From NCBI GenBank assembly GCA_037924335.1, contig JAXSMZ010000008.1, positions 4,793 to 38,755 of the forward strand: 33,963 nt of DNA, in the 5' to 3' direction. The position numbers were made by a program, and so were the translations under genes. Position 1 is the stretch's first letter. Each line of letters starts with the position of its first letter. The stretch comes from Aquificaceae bacterium (GTDB lineage: Bacteria > Aquificota > Aquificia > Aquificales > Aquificaceae). The notes beneath the pieces are model-generated. The model made no database searches and was not told the origin of the DNA. It was given only the letters and a program-made list of their open reading frames with translations. Positions 8,452 through 18,115 of this stretch are shown here, in pieces.

Positions 8452-9416
8452 GAAAGTTCCAGCATCCTCCATATGGGTCTTTTTGCTTTTTCTATTGTAT
8501 CCTCTGGAAGGGTAACCTCGTTTGTCTCATTTTCTATAGTTTCATAAACCTTAGGAAGCGTTATACCCTTCATGGTGCAACAGTATACACTACCGCAGTA
8601 GTTCATAGACTCTGGGAATATGTACTCCTTATTTGGATTTTTCTTCATGAGAGTGTACTTAAGACCCACTTCTGTTATAACTATAACCTTCTTTGCCTCG
8701 CATGTGGTTGCATAGTTTATTATCTGAGAAGTAGAACCTACAAAATCGGCCATGTCTATCACCCCCTGATGACATTCGGGATGCGCAGCCACTTTTGCAT
8801 CGGGATGCATCTCTTTGAGCTTTTGAACTTCCCTTGCTGTAAACTCAAAGTGTGGTGGACAAAAGCCCTTCCATATTACAAATTCTTTGTCGGGCACATG
8901 CTTTTTTACCCAGTTTCCAAGAGCTTGGTCTGGTACAAAGATTATCTTTTTACTCTTTAGCTTTTGAACAATCCTAACTGCATTGGCAGAGGTCACACAG
9001 ACATCAGAAACAGCCTTCACATCAGCGTTTGTGTTCACATAGGCCACAACCTCACCATCAGGATGCTCTTCCTTTAGTTTTAAAACATCTTCAGCCTTCA
9101 CCATATCGGCCATTGGACAGCCAGATTCAGGATTGGGATGTAGCACTTTTTTTGTGGGGTTTACTATCTTTGCTGTTTCGCACATAAAACGGACACCGCA
9201 AAAAACTATTATGTCTGCCTCCGTCTGTGATGCTTTTCTGGAAAGCTCCAAAGAATCTCCTATAAAATCCGCCACATCTTGAACCTCTGGTCTTTGATAG
9301 TAATGAGCCAGAATGACGGCCTTCTTCTCCTTGGCAAGCTTCCTTATCTCCTCTTGGAGAGACATTATATATTCTTGACCCAAAGCCTCTTCTCTTGTCA
9401 GTTCCAAGTTAACCAT
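8448..9416 (-). CDS. nadA: Quinolinate synthase A
   Basis: ILAHYYQ, GDSLELS, FCGVRFM.E, GCPMA, YVNT, CVTSANA, C.PH, AHPEC, GSTS. Confidence 0.96.
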   Translation of the reverse strand: MVNLELTREEALGQEYIMSLQEEIRKLAKEKKAVILAHYYQRPEVQDVADFIGDSLELSRKASQTEADIIVFCGVRFMCETAKIVNPTKKVLHPNPESGCPMADMVKAEDVLKLKEEHPDGEVVAYVNTNADVKAVSDVCVTSANAVRIVQKLKSKKIIFVPDQALGNWVKKHVPDKEFVIWKGFCPPHFEFTAREVQKLKEMHPDAKVAAHPECHQGVIDMADFVGSTSQIINYATTCEAKKVIVITEVGLKYTLMKKNPNKEYIFPESMNYCGSVYCCTMKGITLPKVYETIENETNEVTLPEDTIEKAKRPIWRMLELS

Positions 9417-9451
9417 AAAGATAAATATATGACGAGGTGGTAATAGGTCAG

Positions 9452-10324
9452 TTATTTTCTTACCGCATCTTTCTTATGTCTGTATACCTTATACACTGCA
9501 GAAAAGTCTAAGCCTCCAAGCCCCATGCTCCTTGTCTGTCCGTAAGCCTCCTTTACGTTCTGAAGAACGAAAGAAAAGGCTTTTATGTCTTTGATAAGGT
9601 CCTGAGAGTAGTGCAGGTCTTTGTATATTAGGTCTACAGAGAAATGCGCAGAGAAATCCTCCTTTAGGAGCTTTTCTCTCTTCACATCAAGGAGGTAAGA
9701 CTTCCCTGCTCCGTCGGAGAGGATCTTTATGAGCAGTTCTTTATCAAAACCTGTAAGCTCGCCTATGGCTATAGCCTCTGCAAGCACTGCCATGAACCCA
9801 CCAAGAACTACATTGTTTATGAGCTTTAGCTTTGTGGCTCTCCCTATCTCTCCTACGTAATGTACGGATTTACAGAACTTCTCAAAAAGAGAAAGGTTCT
9901 CTTCAAACCTTTCCCTATCACCAGAGACAAGCATGGTAAGCTCTCCCCTTTGAGCTGGCACAACGCTTCCCAAGATGGGAGCATCAAGGTAGAAGGCTCC
10001 ATACTTTTCAAGCTCCCTCCTTGCACTTTCCACATAAGCATAGTGATTGGTAGTCATGTCTATTATTGTCTTGCCTTCTATGGCTCCATGAACGAGCCCA
10101 TCCTTTCCAAAGATAACCTCTTCGGATGCTTGACTGTCAAAGACTATTATGAAAACTCTGTCAACCTGTGATAATAGCTCTGCAGGGCTTTGGGCTAAAG
10201 GAAACCCAAGCTCAATGACCTTTTCCTTTGTCCTGTTCCATACGAGAAGTTCCACACCTTGAGATATCAGCCTTTTGGCTATCTCTCTACCAAGATTCCC
10301 AAGACCTATGAAACCAACTCTCAT
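9452..10324 (-). CDS. NAD(P)-dependent oxidoreductase, 3-hydroxyisobutyrate / beta-hydroxyacid dehydrogenase family
   Basis: GFIGLGNLG Rossmann motif, DAPILG, KLINN, KDL. Confidence 0.9.
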   Translation of the reverse strand: MRVGFIGLGNLGREIAKRLISQGVELLVWNRTKEKVIELGFPLAQSPAELLSQVDRVFIIVFDSQASEEVIFGKDGLVHGAIEGKTIIDMTTNHYAYVESARRELEKYGAFYLDAPILGSVVPAQRGELTMLVSGDRERFEENLSLFEKFCKSVHYVGEIGRATKLKLINNVVLGGFMAVLAEAIAIGELTGFDKELLIKILSDGAGKSYLLDVKREKLLKEDFSAHFSVDLIYKDLHYSQDLIKDIKAFSFVLQNVKEAYGQTRSMGLGGLDFSAVYKVYRHKKDAVRK

Positions 10325-10332
10325 GACCTACC

Positions 10333-10653
10333 TCAAAGTAAGTTCATTATGGAAAAACTCGCTTGCTCCCAATCTTCCTGTGTCAGGCTTGCATAAACTC
10401 TTTCTGTATCTTCCATCATATCCCAAACATTACTACCAACAGATTCTACAAGGTTTTTTAACCTTTCCCTTTTTTCCTTTGGGACGCTTATGGTATAAGT
10501 TTTGCTGTGCCATGTGTCCTCGTCCCTTTCCACGTATATATCGATCCATATATCTCCCACTTCATAAGAGAGTATAAAACCTACTGGTTCAGTAAGTCCA
10601 AGTATTCTGGCTATTTCTGATATATGAAACCTTAGCTTATGCTTGTCTTCCAT
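10333..10653 (-). CDS. Hypothetical acidic protein
   Basis: 106-aa ORF co-oriented with the downstream gene, 8 bp before its start. No motif recognised. Confidence 0.7.
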   Translation of the reverse strand: MEDKHKLRFHISEIARILGLTEPVGFILSYEVGDIWIDIYVERDEDTWHSKTYTISVPKEKRERLKNLVESVGSNVWDMMEDTERVYASLTQEDWEQASFSIMNLL

Positions 10654-10667
10654 ATTAAAATCTTAAC

Positions 10668-11192
10668 ATGAAGTTTTTTATATTGTCCCTTTTTGGCAAG
10701 GACAGACCTGGTATAGTGGCAAGCGTTAGTAAAGTACTTTACGAGCTTGGCCTAAACATAGAAGATTCTTCCATGACAAGGTTAAAGGACGAGTTTACAA
10801 TAATGCTCACATTGAGTTCTGATGAAGGTATAACAAAGGAAGACATACTTGAAAGGTTGAGGGATGTTGAGGTCGAGTATGGACTTTTTACCTTCTGCAA
10901 AGAGCTTGAAGTTAGCCCTCAAGAAGTTCATGCTGAGAAAAACATTTACAGGATAGTGGTTTTTGGTTCAGACAAACCAGGTATAGTTTACAGTGTTTCC
11001 AGTCTTTTGGCTGACAAGGATATTAACATATCCAACCTGAGGACAGAAAAGAGACAAAACTTATACGTTATGCTGATTGAAGCAGAAACCAATGAGGACA
11101 TGTACGAGGAGTTAAAGGGGGAGCTTGAGAAGTTAAAAGAAAGGTTGAAAGTTGATATCAGCATAGAAAGGGAGGAGGAGGTTGAGCTGTGA
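10668..11192 (+). CDS. Tandem ACT-domain protein (GcvR-like)
   Basis: Two ACT repeats: G.DRPGIVA.VS and G.DKPGIVY.VS, with NIED and NISN. Confidence 0.88.
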   Translation: MKFFILSLFGKDRPGIVASVSKVLYELGLNIEDSSMTRLKDEFTIMLTLSSDEGITKEDILERLRDVEVEYGLFTFCKELEVSPQEVHAEKNIYRIVVFGSDKPGIVYSVSSLLADKDINISNLRTEKRQNLYVMLIEAETNEDMYEELKGELEKLKERLKVDISIEREEEVEL

Positions 11193-11695
11193 AAAAGTTA
11201 GATATTTTAATATACCCAGACGAACGTCTAAAAATACCATCCACTCCGGTTGTTGATTTTGGTATAGAAACATACAACTTTGTTCAAGACCTTATTTACA
11301 CTATGAAGAGCCAACCATCCTGCGTTGGCATAGCTGCACCGCAGGTTAATGTTCACAGGAGAATAATCGTTGTAGACACATCCTATTCTAAACATAGGGA
11401 AAACAGGTTAACCCATGGTTTAATGGTTCTGATAAACCCCATAATAGTTCAGGCTGATGGTGAGATCATCGTAAGGGAGGGATGCTTGAGCGTTCCTGAT
11501 TACACAGGTAACGTAAAAAGACACTACTGGATAAAAGTTCAAGCACAGGACTCAAAGGGAAACTTATTGGAGTTTGACACAGAAGGCTTTGAAGCAGTAG
11601 TCATTCAGCACGAAACAGACCACCTGGATGGTAAGGTGTTCATAGAGAGACTAGTTTCCCCAAAGGAGCTTTTCAAGAGAAAGGTTTATAAGTAG
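11189..11695 (+). CDS. def: Peptide deformylase
   Basis: VGIAAPQ, EGCLS, QHETDHLDG. Confidence 0.96.
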   Translation: MKKLDILIYPDERLKIPSTPVVDFGIETYNFVQDLIYTMKSQPSCVGIAAPQVNVHRRIIVVDTSYSKHRENRLTHGLMVLINPIIVQADGEIIVREGCLSVPDYTGNVKRHYWIKVQAQDSKGNLLEFDTEGFEAVVIQHETDHLDGKVFIERLVSPKELFKRKVYK

Positions 11696-11696
11696 G

Positions 11697-12440
11697 CTAG
11701 TTTATCAGCTTGTTTAGGTCTTCCTCCGTTGGTACTCCAGATTGCATTTTACCATTCATACCTATAAAGGTTGGGGTTCCGTTCACACCGAGCTGACTCA
11801 GAAACTGAAGGTTATCCGATATAACTTTTTTGCCTTGTTCACACTGGTTCTTTGAGGTGTAACCCTCTTTTAGCTCTTCAAACCCCTTCTTATCGCAGAC
11901 TAAGGCTACTGACTTTCCAAAGGCTTCTGGATGTATAGGCAGTGGGAAGAGAATTACCTTTATGATAACTGAGTTCTTCTTGGCCCACTCCTGAATTATC
12001 GGTTCGCTTTTCTTGCAGAAGGGACAGTCTGGGTCAGTTATATAATAGATGTACTTTTTGCCTTCACCGTATGTGAAGTTTACATGCTCCTCCAACTTTT
12101 TGAGCACATCTCCGCCGACCTTCATAAACTCCTGCTGGCGTTCTCTTGTGATGTTCTTCTTGTCCTTTAGGCTTAGGATATTTCCAGCTACCACATACTT
12201 TGCAGTGCTATCAGTATAGAAAACAAGGGGTTGAGTCCCTATCTTTACCACAACCTCACACAGACCGTTTATCTCTTTCAGCGGAGAGACAGATTCAACG
12301 GAGAACTCCTGCGGTATGAGCTCTTTTACAGAGTTTTTAACTGTATCCTTCGTTGGACAACTGGTAGCACTTGTACCACAAGAGTATGCAAGAACAAGGA
12401 GCAAAGACCCTAGAGAGTAAAGCTTTCTTTTCCTGATCAT
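11697..12440 (-). CDS. dsbC: DsbC-family thiol:disulfide interchange lipoprotein
   Basis: Lipobox LAYSC, DsbC N-terminal dimerisation domain, TDPDCPFC, FPLPIHP, GTPT. Confidence 0.88.
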   Translation of the reverse strand: MIRKRKLYSLGSLLLVLAYSCGTSATSCPTKDTVKNSVKELIPQEFSVESVSPLKEINGLCEVVVKIGTQPLVFYTDSTAKYVVAGNILSLKDKKNITRERQQEFMKVGGDVLKKLEEHVNFTYGEGKKYIYYITDPDCPFCKKSEPIIQEWAKKNSVIIKVILFPLPIHPEAFGKSVALVCDKKGFEELKEGYTSKNQCEQGKKVISDNLQFLSQLGVNGTPTFIGMNGKMQSGVPTEEDLNKLIN

Positions 12441-12483
12441 TTTTTCCTCCTTCCTTCTATTATAACACTATATAATAGGTAAT

Positions 12484-13767
12484 GTGATGAAGGTAGAAGA
12501 CCTGAGGAATGCTGCGTGGAGGTTTAACGAAAGGCTCAAGCTTGTTATAAAAAGAGGGGAGTTTCTTGAGGAAGAGTACGAAGCAATAACGAGGGAGATA
12601 ATAGGAAAAGTTAAGAAAGATGGGAACAAAGCTATAATTGAATACACAAAAAAGTTTGATAACGTGGAACTCTCTCCAGATAGCATGGAGATCCCTTACG
12701 AGGAGCTTGAAAACGCTTACAACGAGGTAGAGGATGATGTCCGTTCAGCCCTTGAGATAGCATATGAGAGGATAAGACAGTTCCATGAACTTCAAAAGGA
12801 GAAGTCTTTTTTCACAGAAGAGGGGGGTATTCTTTTAGGTATGAAAGTTGTGCCCTTGGAAAGGGTAGGGGTTTATGTACCTGGTGGTAAAGCAGCTTAT
12901 CCATCCACTGTCCTGATGAACGTAATACCAGCTATAGTTGCCGGTGTTAAAGAGGTAATTATGGTTTCTCCAAAGCCTAACAAGTATACGCTTGCAGCTG
13001 CTTTCATAACTGGAGTAGAGAGGGTTTATCAGATAGGTGGTGCTCAGGCTGTAGCTGGTATGGCATACGGTACAGAAACTATACCAAAGGTTGATAAAAT
13101 AGTTGGTCCTGGCAACATATACGTAGCTCTTGCAAAGAAGCTTCTCTTTGGTGTGGTTGATATTGACATGGTGGCAGGACCTTCTGAGATACTTGTCATA
13201 TCTGATGGCTCTTGCGACCCAAGATGGGTAGCCTCTGACCTTCTTTCCCAGGCTGAGCATGATGAACTGTCCGGAGCGTTCATGATAACCACAGAAGAGA
13301 AGCATGCCATCCGTGTAAAAGAAGAGATTGAAAAGCTTATGGAGGATTTTCCAAGAAAGGATATAGCAAAGAGGTCCATAGAAAGGTTCGGCACCATATT
13401 TTTGGTTGAAAGTCTTGAGAAAGCCTGTGAAGTTGCCAACTTCATAGCTCCAGAGCATCTGGAGGTTCTCACAGAAGACCCATTCTCTCTATTATCTTAT
13501 ATAAAGCATGCTGGTGCCATATTTCTTGGAAGATATTCCACAGAGCCCTTAGGTGATTACGTACTAGGACCAAATCACACACTGCCCACTGGTGGAACCG
13601 CTAGGTTCTTTTCCCCCCTTGGAGTTTATCACTTTGTCAAAAGGAGCTCGGTTGTTTATGTGACCAAGGAAGGTTTTGAAAAGCTTGCAGAACCAACAGA
13701 AAGCATAGCAAAGGCAGAAGGCCTTTATGCCCACTACATTTCGGTAAAGGTCAGAGAGTTGTCATGA
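12484..13767 (+). CDS. hisD: Histidinol dehydrogenase
   Basis: YVPGG.AAYPST, GGAQA, VGPGN, IDMVAGPSE, SQAEH, APEHL, GDYVLGPNHTLPT. Confidence 0.97.
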   Translation: MMKVEDLRNAAWRFNERLKLVIKRGEFLEEEYEAITREIIGKVKKDGNKAIIEYTKKFDNVELSPDSMEIPYEELENAYNEVEDDVRSALEIAYERIRQFHELQKEKSFFTEEGGILLGMKVVPLERVGVYVPGGKAAYPSTVLMNVIPAIVAGVKEVIMVSPKPNKYTLAAAFITGVERVYQIGGAQAVAGMAYGTETIPKVDKIVGPGNIYVALAKKLLFGVVDIDMVAGPSEILVISDGSCDPRWVASDLLSQAEHDELSGAFMITTEEKHAIRVKEEIEKLMEDFPRKDIAKRSIERFGTIFLVESLEKACEVANFIAPEHLEVLTEDPFSLLSYIKHAGAIFLGRYSTEPLGDYVLGPNHTLPTGGTARFFSPLGVYHFVKRSSVVYVTKEGFEKLAEPTESIAKAEGLYAHYISVKVRELS

Positions 13768-14318
13768 AAAAAGTACTACTGGTATCAGTTACTGCTCTTA
13801 TGTATTCCTGTGCTCCCCTTGTTTGTCCAGAAGAAAAACAGATAAAAAACATGTACTCTGAAGATGCCTCTCCAAAAGAGTATAAGGCCTTTTTGTCCTT
13901 AAGGTACGGCATACTCAAGATACCCATCTACGTTGAGAAAGGGGAAGGAAGCTACATAGTAAGAAGTCCTCAGAGCGGAAGCATTCTCTTCAGTGGAAAA
14001 GCCCTCTGTATAAACTCAGCCTGTCTGGACCTACCCTTGACTCCAGACGGCATCGTGTTTGGTAGTGTCCTAACTGGATACGAAAAGGCTACGTGTTCTT
14101 TTGGTTCTGTTGTTTTTGAAAGGGATGACCAAGTTTATTCCAGAAGGTACATCTTTTCCAACGGAGAGCTAAAAAGAATAGAGCTGACTGATAGAAAGAA
14201 GGATAGGTTGATCGTCTTTGAATACGGAGAGAGGTCAAAGGAAGGTTATTATAAGAGCGTAAGGGTTAGTATAGGAGATGTTAGCTTTATCGTAAGCGTC
14301 GATGAACTAAGGAGGTAA
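13764..14318 (+). CDS. Hypothetical lipoprotein
   Basis: Signal peptide with lipobox (LMYS|C), beta-rich mature region, ATGA overlap with hisD. Confidence 0.75.
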   Translation: MKKVLLVSVTALMYSCAPLVCPEEKQIKNMYSEDASPKEYKAFLSLRYGILKIPIYVEKGEGSYIVRSPQSGSILFSGKALCINSACLDLPLTPDGIVFGSVLTGYEKATCSFGSVVFERDDQVYSRRYIFSNGELKRIELTDRKKDRLIVFEYGERSKEGYYKSVRVSIGDVSFIVSVDELRR

Positions 14319-14320
14319 AA

Positions 14321-15145
14321 ATGTTTCCGGTGCTTTTTGAGGTCTTTGGAATAAAGATATACACATACGGTGTGCTCGTTGCTATCGGAGCAATATTGGC
14401 CTATACTCTCAGTCTAAGATTTGCAAAGAAAGAGGGGTTAAATACAAACCATGTTGAGAACACTTTTTTAATGGCTCTTTTCTTCGGTGTTTTGGGTGGT
14501 AGGTTAGCTTACGTTATAGAACATCCTGAACAGATCAGAGGTATTACGGATATATTGGCCATATGGAACGGAGGGATGGATTTCTTTGGCGGACTTATAG
14601 GAGGGCTAATGGGTGCCATCGGGGGTATATTTGTGTATAAGCTCCCTTTATGGAAAGCTGGGGATATGGCTGCTCTTTCGCTCACTTTGGCACATGCTGT
14701 AGGAAGGCTAGGATGTACTTCTGCCGGATGCTGCTACGGTCTTCCTTTTCCAACACAGGCACAGGCTACTCCAGGGGTACATTTCTCCCATAAGTTCCCC
14801 TTCTTCTACGTGGTTTTTCCGGAGGGAGCTGTAGCTCCTCCTTACATGCCGTTGTATCCTACACAGCTCATGGAGTTCATAGGACTTGCCTTTATGTTTT
14901 CAGTCCTTTTATTTTTATACAGAAAGAAGCCTTTTGATGGTTTTGTTTTCTCTGTGTACATGCTTCTTTATGGGTTGCTTAGGTTTTTCTTGGAGTTCTA
15001 TAGAGGTGTTACTCCACCCATTCCTGGAATAGGTCTAACATGGAATCAGGTTGTTTCCATACTCATGGTTGTTGCTTCATTCTTACTTATGTTTTTATTG
15101 AAAGGTTCAAAGCCTGGCATTGAGAAGATATACAAGAACTCTTAG
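14321..15145 (+). CDS. lgt: Prolipoprotein diacylglyceryl transferase
   Basis: [46 protein letters not shown]. Confidence 0.95.
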   Translation: MFPVLFEVFGIKIYTYGVLVAIGAILAYTLSLRFAKKEGLNTNHVENTFLMALFFGVLGGRLAYVIEHPEQIRGITDILAIWNGGMDFFGGLIGGLMGAIGGIFVYKLPLWKAGDMAALSLTLAHAVGRLGCTSAGCCYGLPFPTQAQATPGVHFSHKFPFFYVVFPEGAVAPPYMPLYPTQLMEFIGLAFMFSVLLFLYRKKPFDGFVFSVYMLLYGLLRFFLEFYRGVTPPIPGIGLTWNQVVSILMVVASFLLMFLLKGSKPGIEKIYKNS

Positions 15146-15162
15146 ACCTCTCCATCTGCTAG

Positions 15163-15182
15163 GGGCAGTTCATGAACTGCCC
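15163..15182. repeat. Perfect 20-bp palindrome (REP-like)
   Basis: GGGCAGTTCATGAACTGCCC, preceded by CTAG, in the lgt-GT39 spacer. No U-tract. Confidence 0.7.
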
Positions 15183-15242
15183 GCAAGTTTGTGGAGTGTA
15201 TCATGAGCTATTTTTTACACATTCTGGCTATAATTCTTACCT

Positions 15243-16574
15243 ATGAAGGTTTTTATACTTTTCATACTTCTATCTTTTCTCTCCCATCTTCCAAACCTCA
15301 ACCTTTATGAGTTTAGGAATGAGGAATCCTTGAGAACCATAGTAGCTTATGAGATGTACCATACAGGAAAATATGGAGAGCCTACAGTTCTTGGAGAGCC
15401 ATACTTTAACAAGCCAACGCTCTTCAATTGGCTTATAGTGCTTTACTCTTATTTCATACCATGGAGCGAGATGACAGCAAGAGCTGTAAGCCTCACCTTC
15501 TTAGTGCTCACAGCATTGCTTCTTCTTTGGTCTTCTCATCACATCACAAAGGATAAGCATGTGAGCTTGCTTGCCACCCTTATATTCTTAACCTTTGGTA
15601 ACGTACTTTTCTTCTATGGATACCTTGCAGAGATAGACATAACTTTTAGTTTCTTCCTTTTTTCCGTTTTTGTACTCCTTTGGCTTTGGTTTGAGAAGGG
15701 GGAAGCTCACTATCTTATATTCTCTGGCCTTCTGTCAGGTATGGCCTTTTTGCTCAAGGGTTTTCCCTCTTACGTATTCTATGTAATAACCCTTCTGACC
15801 CTTAGCATGCTCGGCAGAAGGTTTAAAGAGATTTTCTCGAGGAAAGCCTTCTTATCTTACGCTTTAGCCCTTTTTATTCCCACTCTCTGGCTTTTTACCA
15901 CGGCTAACCCCCACAGATATTTAACTACCCTATTTTTGGAGAGCTTTTCAAGGGTTAGCAACGAAGAAGCTTTTTACCTAAGACCCATTAAACTTATCCT
16001 TCTTACCCTTAAGGACACTTTACCCACAAGCCTTTTCCTTTTGACCTCCCTCCTTATAGCCTTCAAAAACAAAAGCATGAAGATGCCTAAGAGCTTATCA
16101 GTGGTCACCGTTGTTCTTCTTGCCAACTTTACACCATACTTTTTATCAAACAGTGCGGGAAGGTACGTGCTTCCCCTCTATCCCTTTCTTGCTTTGGTGT
16201 CTGCTCACTTTATAAACTCCTACGAAAAAGTAAAGAAGTCCTTTCTCATCATACTACTCATAACAATCCTTCTAAGGATAGCCTTTGGTCTTCTTTTCTT
16301 CCCATACTATACGGAGAGGGAAACTTCAAGAAAAAGAATAGCTATGGATATAATAAAAACAGTCGACCTTTCAAAGCCCATAGCATGCAACTGCTTTTCC
16401 GAACTTTCAATATGTTTATATTTGGGTCTTGCTAAGGGTGAGCCTCTCAGAAAGTTAGATCTTATACCCAAAGCTGAATACGTTATAGAGTGCTCCCCCA
16501 ACAGGTTAGAAGGGTTTATAAAAAGATATAGCTTGAACAAAGATTATGAAGTGTATCTTTTGAAAATAAGATGA
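15243..16574 (+). CDS. ArnT/PMT-like (GT39/GT83) membrane glycosyltransferase
   Basis: N-terminal acidic EE..R motif, PYFNKP.LF.W, multiple TM helices, LLKG, RYVLPLYP. Confidence 0.85.
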   Translation: MKVFILFILLSFLSHLPNLNLYEFRNEESLRTIVAYEMYHTGKYGEPTVLGEPYFNKPTLFNWLIVLYSYFIPWSEMTARAVSLTFLVLTALLLLWSSHHITKDKHVSLLATLIFLTFGNVLFFYGYLAEIDITFSFFLFSVFVLLWLWFEKGEAHYLIFSGLLSGMAFLLKGFPSYVFYVITLLTLSMLGRRFKEIFSRKAFLSYALALFIPTLWLFTTANPHRYLTTLFLESFSRVSNEEAFYLRPIKLILLTLKDTLPTSLFLLTSLLIAFKNKSMKMPKSLSVVTVVLLANFTPYFLSNSAGRYVLPLYPFLALVSAHFINSYEKVKKSFLIILLITILLRIAFGLLFFPYYTERETSRKRIAMDIIKTVDLSKPIACNCFSELSICLYLGLAKGEPLRKLDLIPKAEYVIECSPNRLEGFIKRYSLNKDYEVYLLKIR

Positions 16575-17620
16575 CTTTTATGGAAATCGAACCAGAAGAT
16601 ATATATACCTTTGAGAGGAAGGTTCTTGTGGACATAAGAAGTCCTCAAGAGTACAAAGAATTCCATATACCAAAGGCTATAAACATACCACTCTTTGATG
16701 ATGAGGAAAAAAAGCTTATAGGCATGCTCTACAGGCAGGAGGGGGAACAAAAGGCAAAGGCTGAAGGGTACAGTATAGCCAGTAAAAAGATTGAAAAACT
16801 TTTTGCCAAGTTCAGGTCTCTTAAGGAAGAGTACAAGGAGGTAATAATCTATTGTTGGAGGGGTGGTTTAAGAAGTCAAGAACTGTGCTACGTTCTTGAT
16901 CGGGCTGGTATAGATGTTATGAGGCTTAAAGGTGGCTACAGAGCTTATCGTCAATTTATTCTTTCAGATATGGAAAAAAGACTAAAGGAAATGAACTTCC
17001 TAGTCCTAACTGGAAAAACGGGGGTTGGGAAAAGCAAAATTCTGTCTTTGCTAAAGAGAAAGGGAATACCAGTCATAGATGTTGAAAAGCTTGCTAAGGA
17101 TAGAGGTTCTGTTTTTGGTAAAGTTGGGAGAAGGGAAAGAGTATCCCAGAAGATGTTTGACGCTCTTCTCTATGAAGAGATAAGAGGGCTTAACTCTTCC
17201 CTAGTTTTTATGGAAGATGAAAGCAGATGGGTAGGTAACATTCACCTGCCAGAAGCCCTTTGGAAGAGGAAAGAAATGGGCATCTTTATAGAGATAAGGA
17301 CAGACATTGAGTTAAGGATAAAAAATATTTTGGACGAGTATACGAAGGAAGAGGGTTGGAAAGAAGATGTGATCAGTTCTTTAAAAAAGGTCAGAAAGTA
17401 TATGGGGGAAGAAAATTACAAAAGGGTATTAAACCTGCTTACCGCTGGAGACTATGAGAAAGCTGCCGAGCTCCTCATACAGGAGTACTACGATAGAAGA
17501 TACAAATATGGGGGCAGACCAAAAATCATCTTAGAATACAAAAGTATGGATGAGGTTGTTGAAGAGTTGATGGATATATACAGAGGTATCTCTGAGAGCT
17601 TATCTGCTCTCAATGTATGA
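16571..17620 (+). CDS. mnmH: tRNA 2-selenouridine(34) synthase
   Basis: Rhodanese domain (DIRSP.EY..FHIP.AIN.P, YCWRGGLRS, GGYRAYR) plus P-loop GKTGVGKS, RGSVFG, EDES..VG, YYD..Y. Confidence 0.93.
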   Translation: MTFMEIEPEDIYTFERKVLVDIRSPQEYKEFHIPKAINIPLFDDEEKKLIGMLYRQEGEQKAKAEGYSIASKKIEKLFAKFRSLKEEYKEVIIYCWRGGLRSQELCYVLDRAGIDVMRLKGGYRAYRQFILSDMEKRLKEMNFLVLTGKTGVGKSKILSLLKRKGIPVIDVEKLAKDRGSVFGKVGRRERVSQKMFDALLYEEIRGLNSSLVFMEDESRWVGNIHLPEALWKRKEMGIFIEIRTDIELRIKNILDEYTKEEGWKEDVISSLKKVRKYMGEENYKRVLNLLTAGDYEKAAELLIQEYYDRRYKYGGRPKIILEYKSMDEVVEELMDIYRGISESLSALNV

Positions 17621-18094
17621 GTTATCTATGATCTCCTTAAGTTCGTCCCAGTTTGCATCCTCCCTCTCTTTATTCTTGATGACCCTTCTAGCAAAAAGGA
17701 AACTTTTTCTCCAATAGGGCTCGTTTATGTCACTTATGGTTATGCCAAGATTGGTAGATGCATGTATCATCTTCCCATTGCCTATGTATATTCCTACATG
17801 GGATGGATAATTTTTGTATGTAGCAAAGAAGAGAAGGTCTCCTGGCTTTAGGTTTCTTTTGCTTACAGGTACCCCATAGTTTGCCTGTTCCCTTGCAGTT
17901 CTAGGAAGATAGATGTCGTTTGCAGCAAATACTTTTTGCACAAAGGCTGAACAGTCCATGGCTTGTACATCTGCTGACCCAAATTTGTAGTCTCTCTCTA
18001 TAAAAGTCAGAGCCGTTATCAACACCTCATCGCTTTCCTTCTGCTCCGGTAAGGCCATTGCCAAGGTGGTAACGAAAAACAAAAGCAATAACAT
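17600..18094 (-). CDS. NlpC/P60 (C40) peptidoglycan endopeptidase
   Basis: Signal peptide, DCSAFV, LPRTAREQ, PGDLLFF, HVGIYIGNG.MIHAS. Confidence 0.92.
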   Translation of the reverse strand: MLLLLFFVTTLAMALPEQKESDEVLITALTFIERDYKFGSADVQAMDCSAFVQKVFAANDIYLPRTAREQANYGVPVSKRNLKPGDLLFFATYKNYPSHVGIYIGNGKMIHASTNLGITISDINEPYWRKSFLFARRVIKNKEREDANWDELKEIIDNSYIESR

Positions 18095-18115
18095 GCTCCA
18101 CCTCCATGCTTTATG

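Noticed and set aside
12835..13472. Long antisense ORFs (207 aa, 142 aa) and similar ones such as 18757..19293, 7855..8253 and 20508..20888
   Set aside because: They lie entirely opposite well-supported genes and show no motifs or RBS; shadow ORFs.
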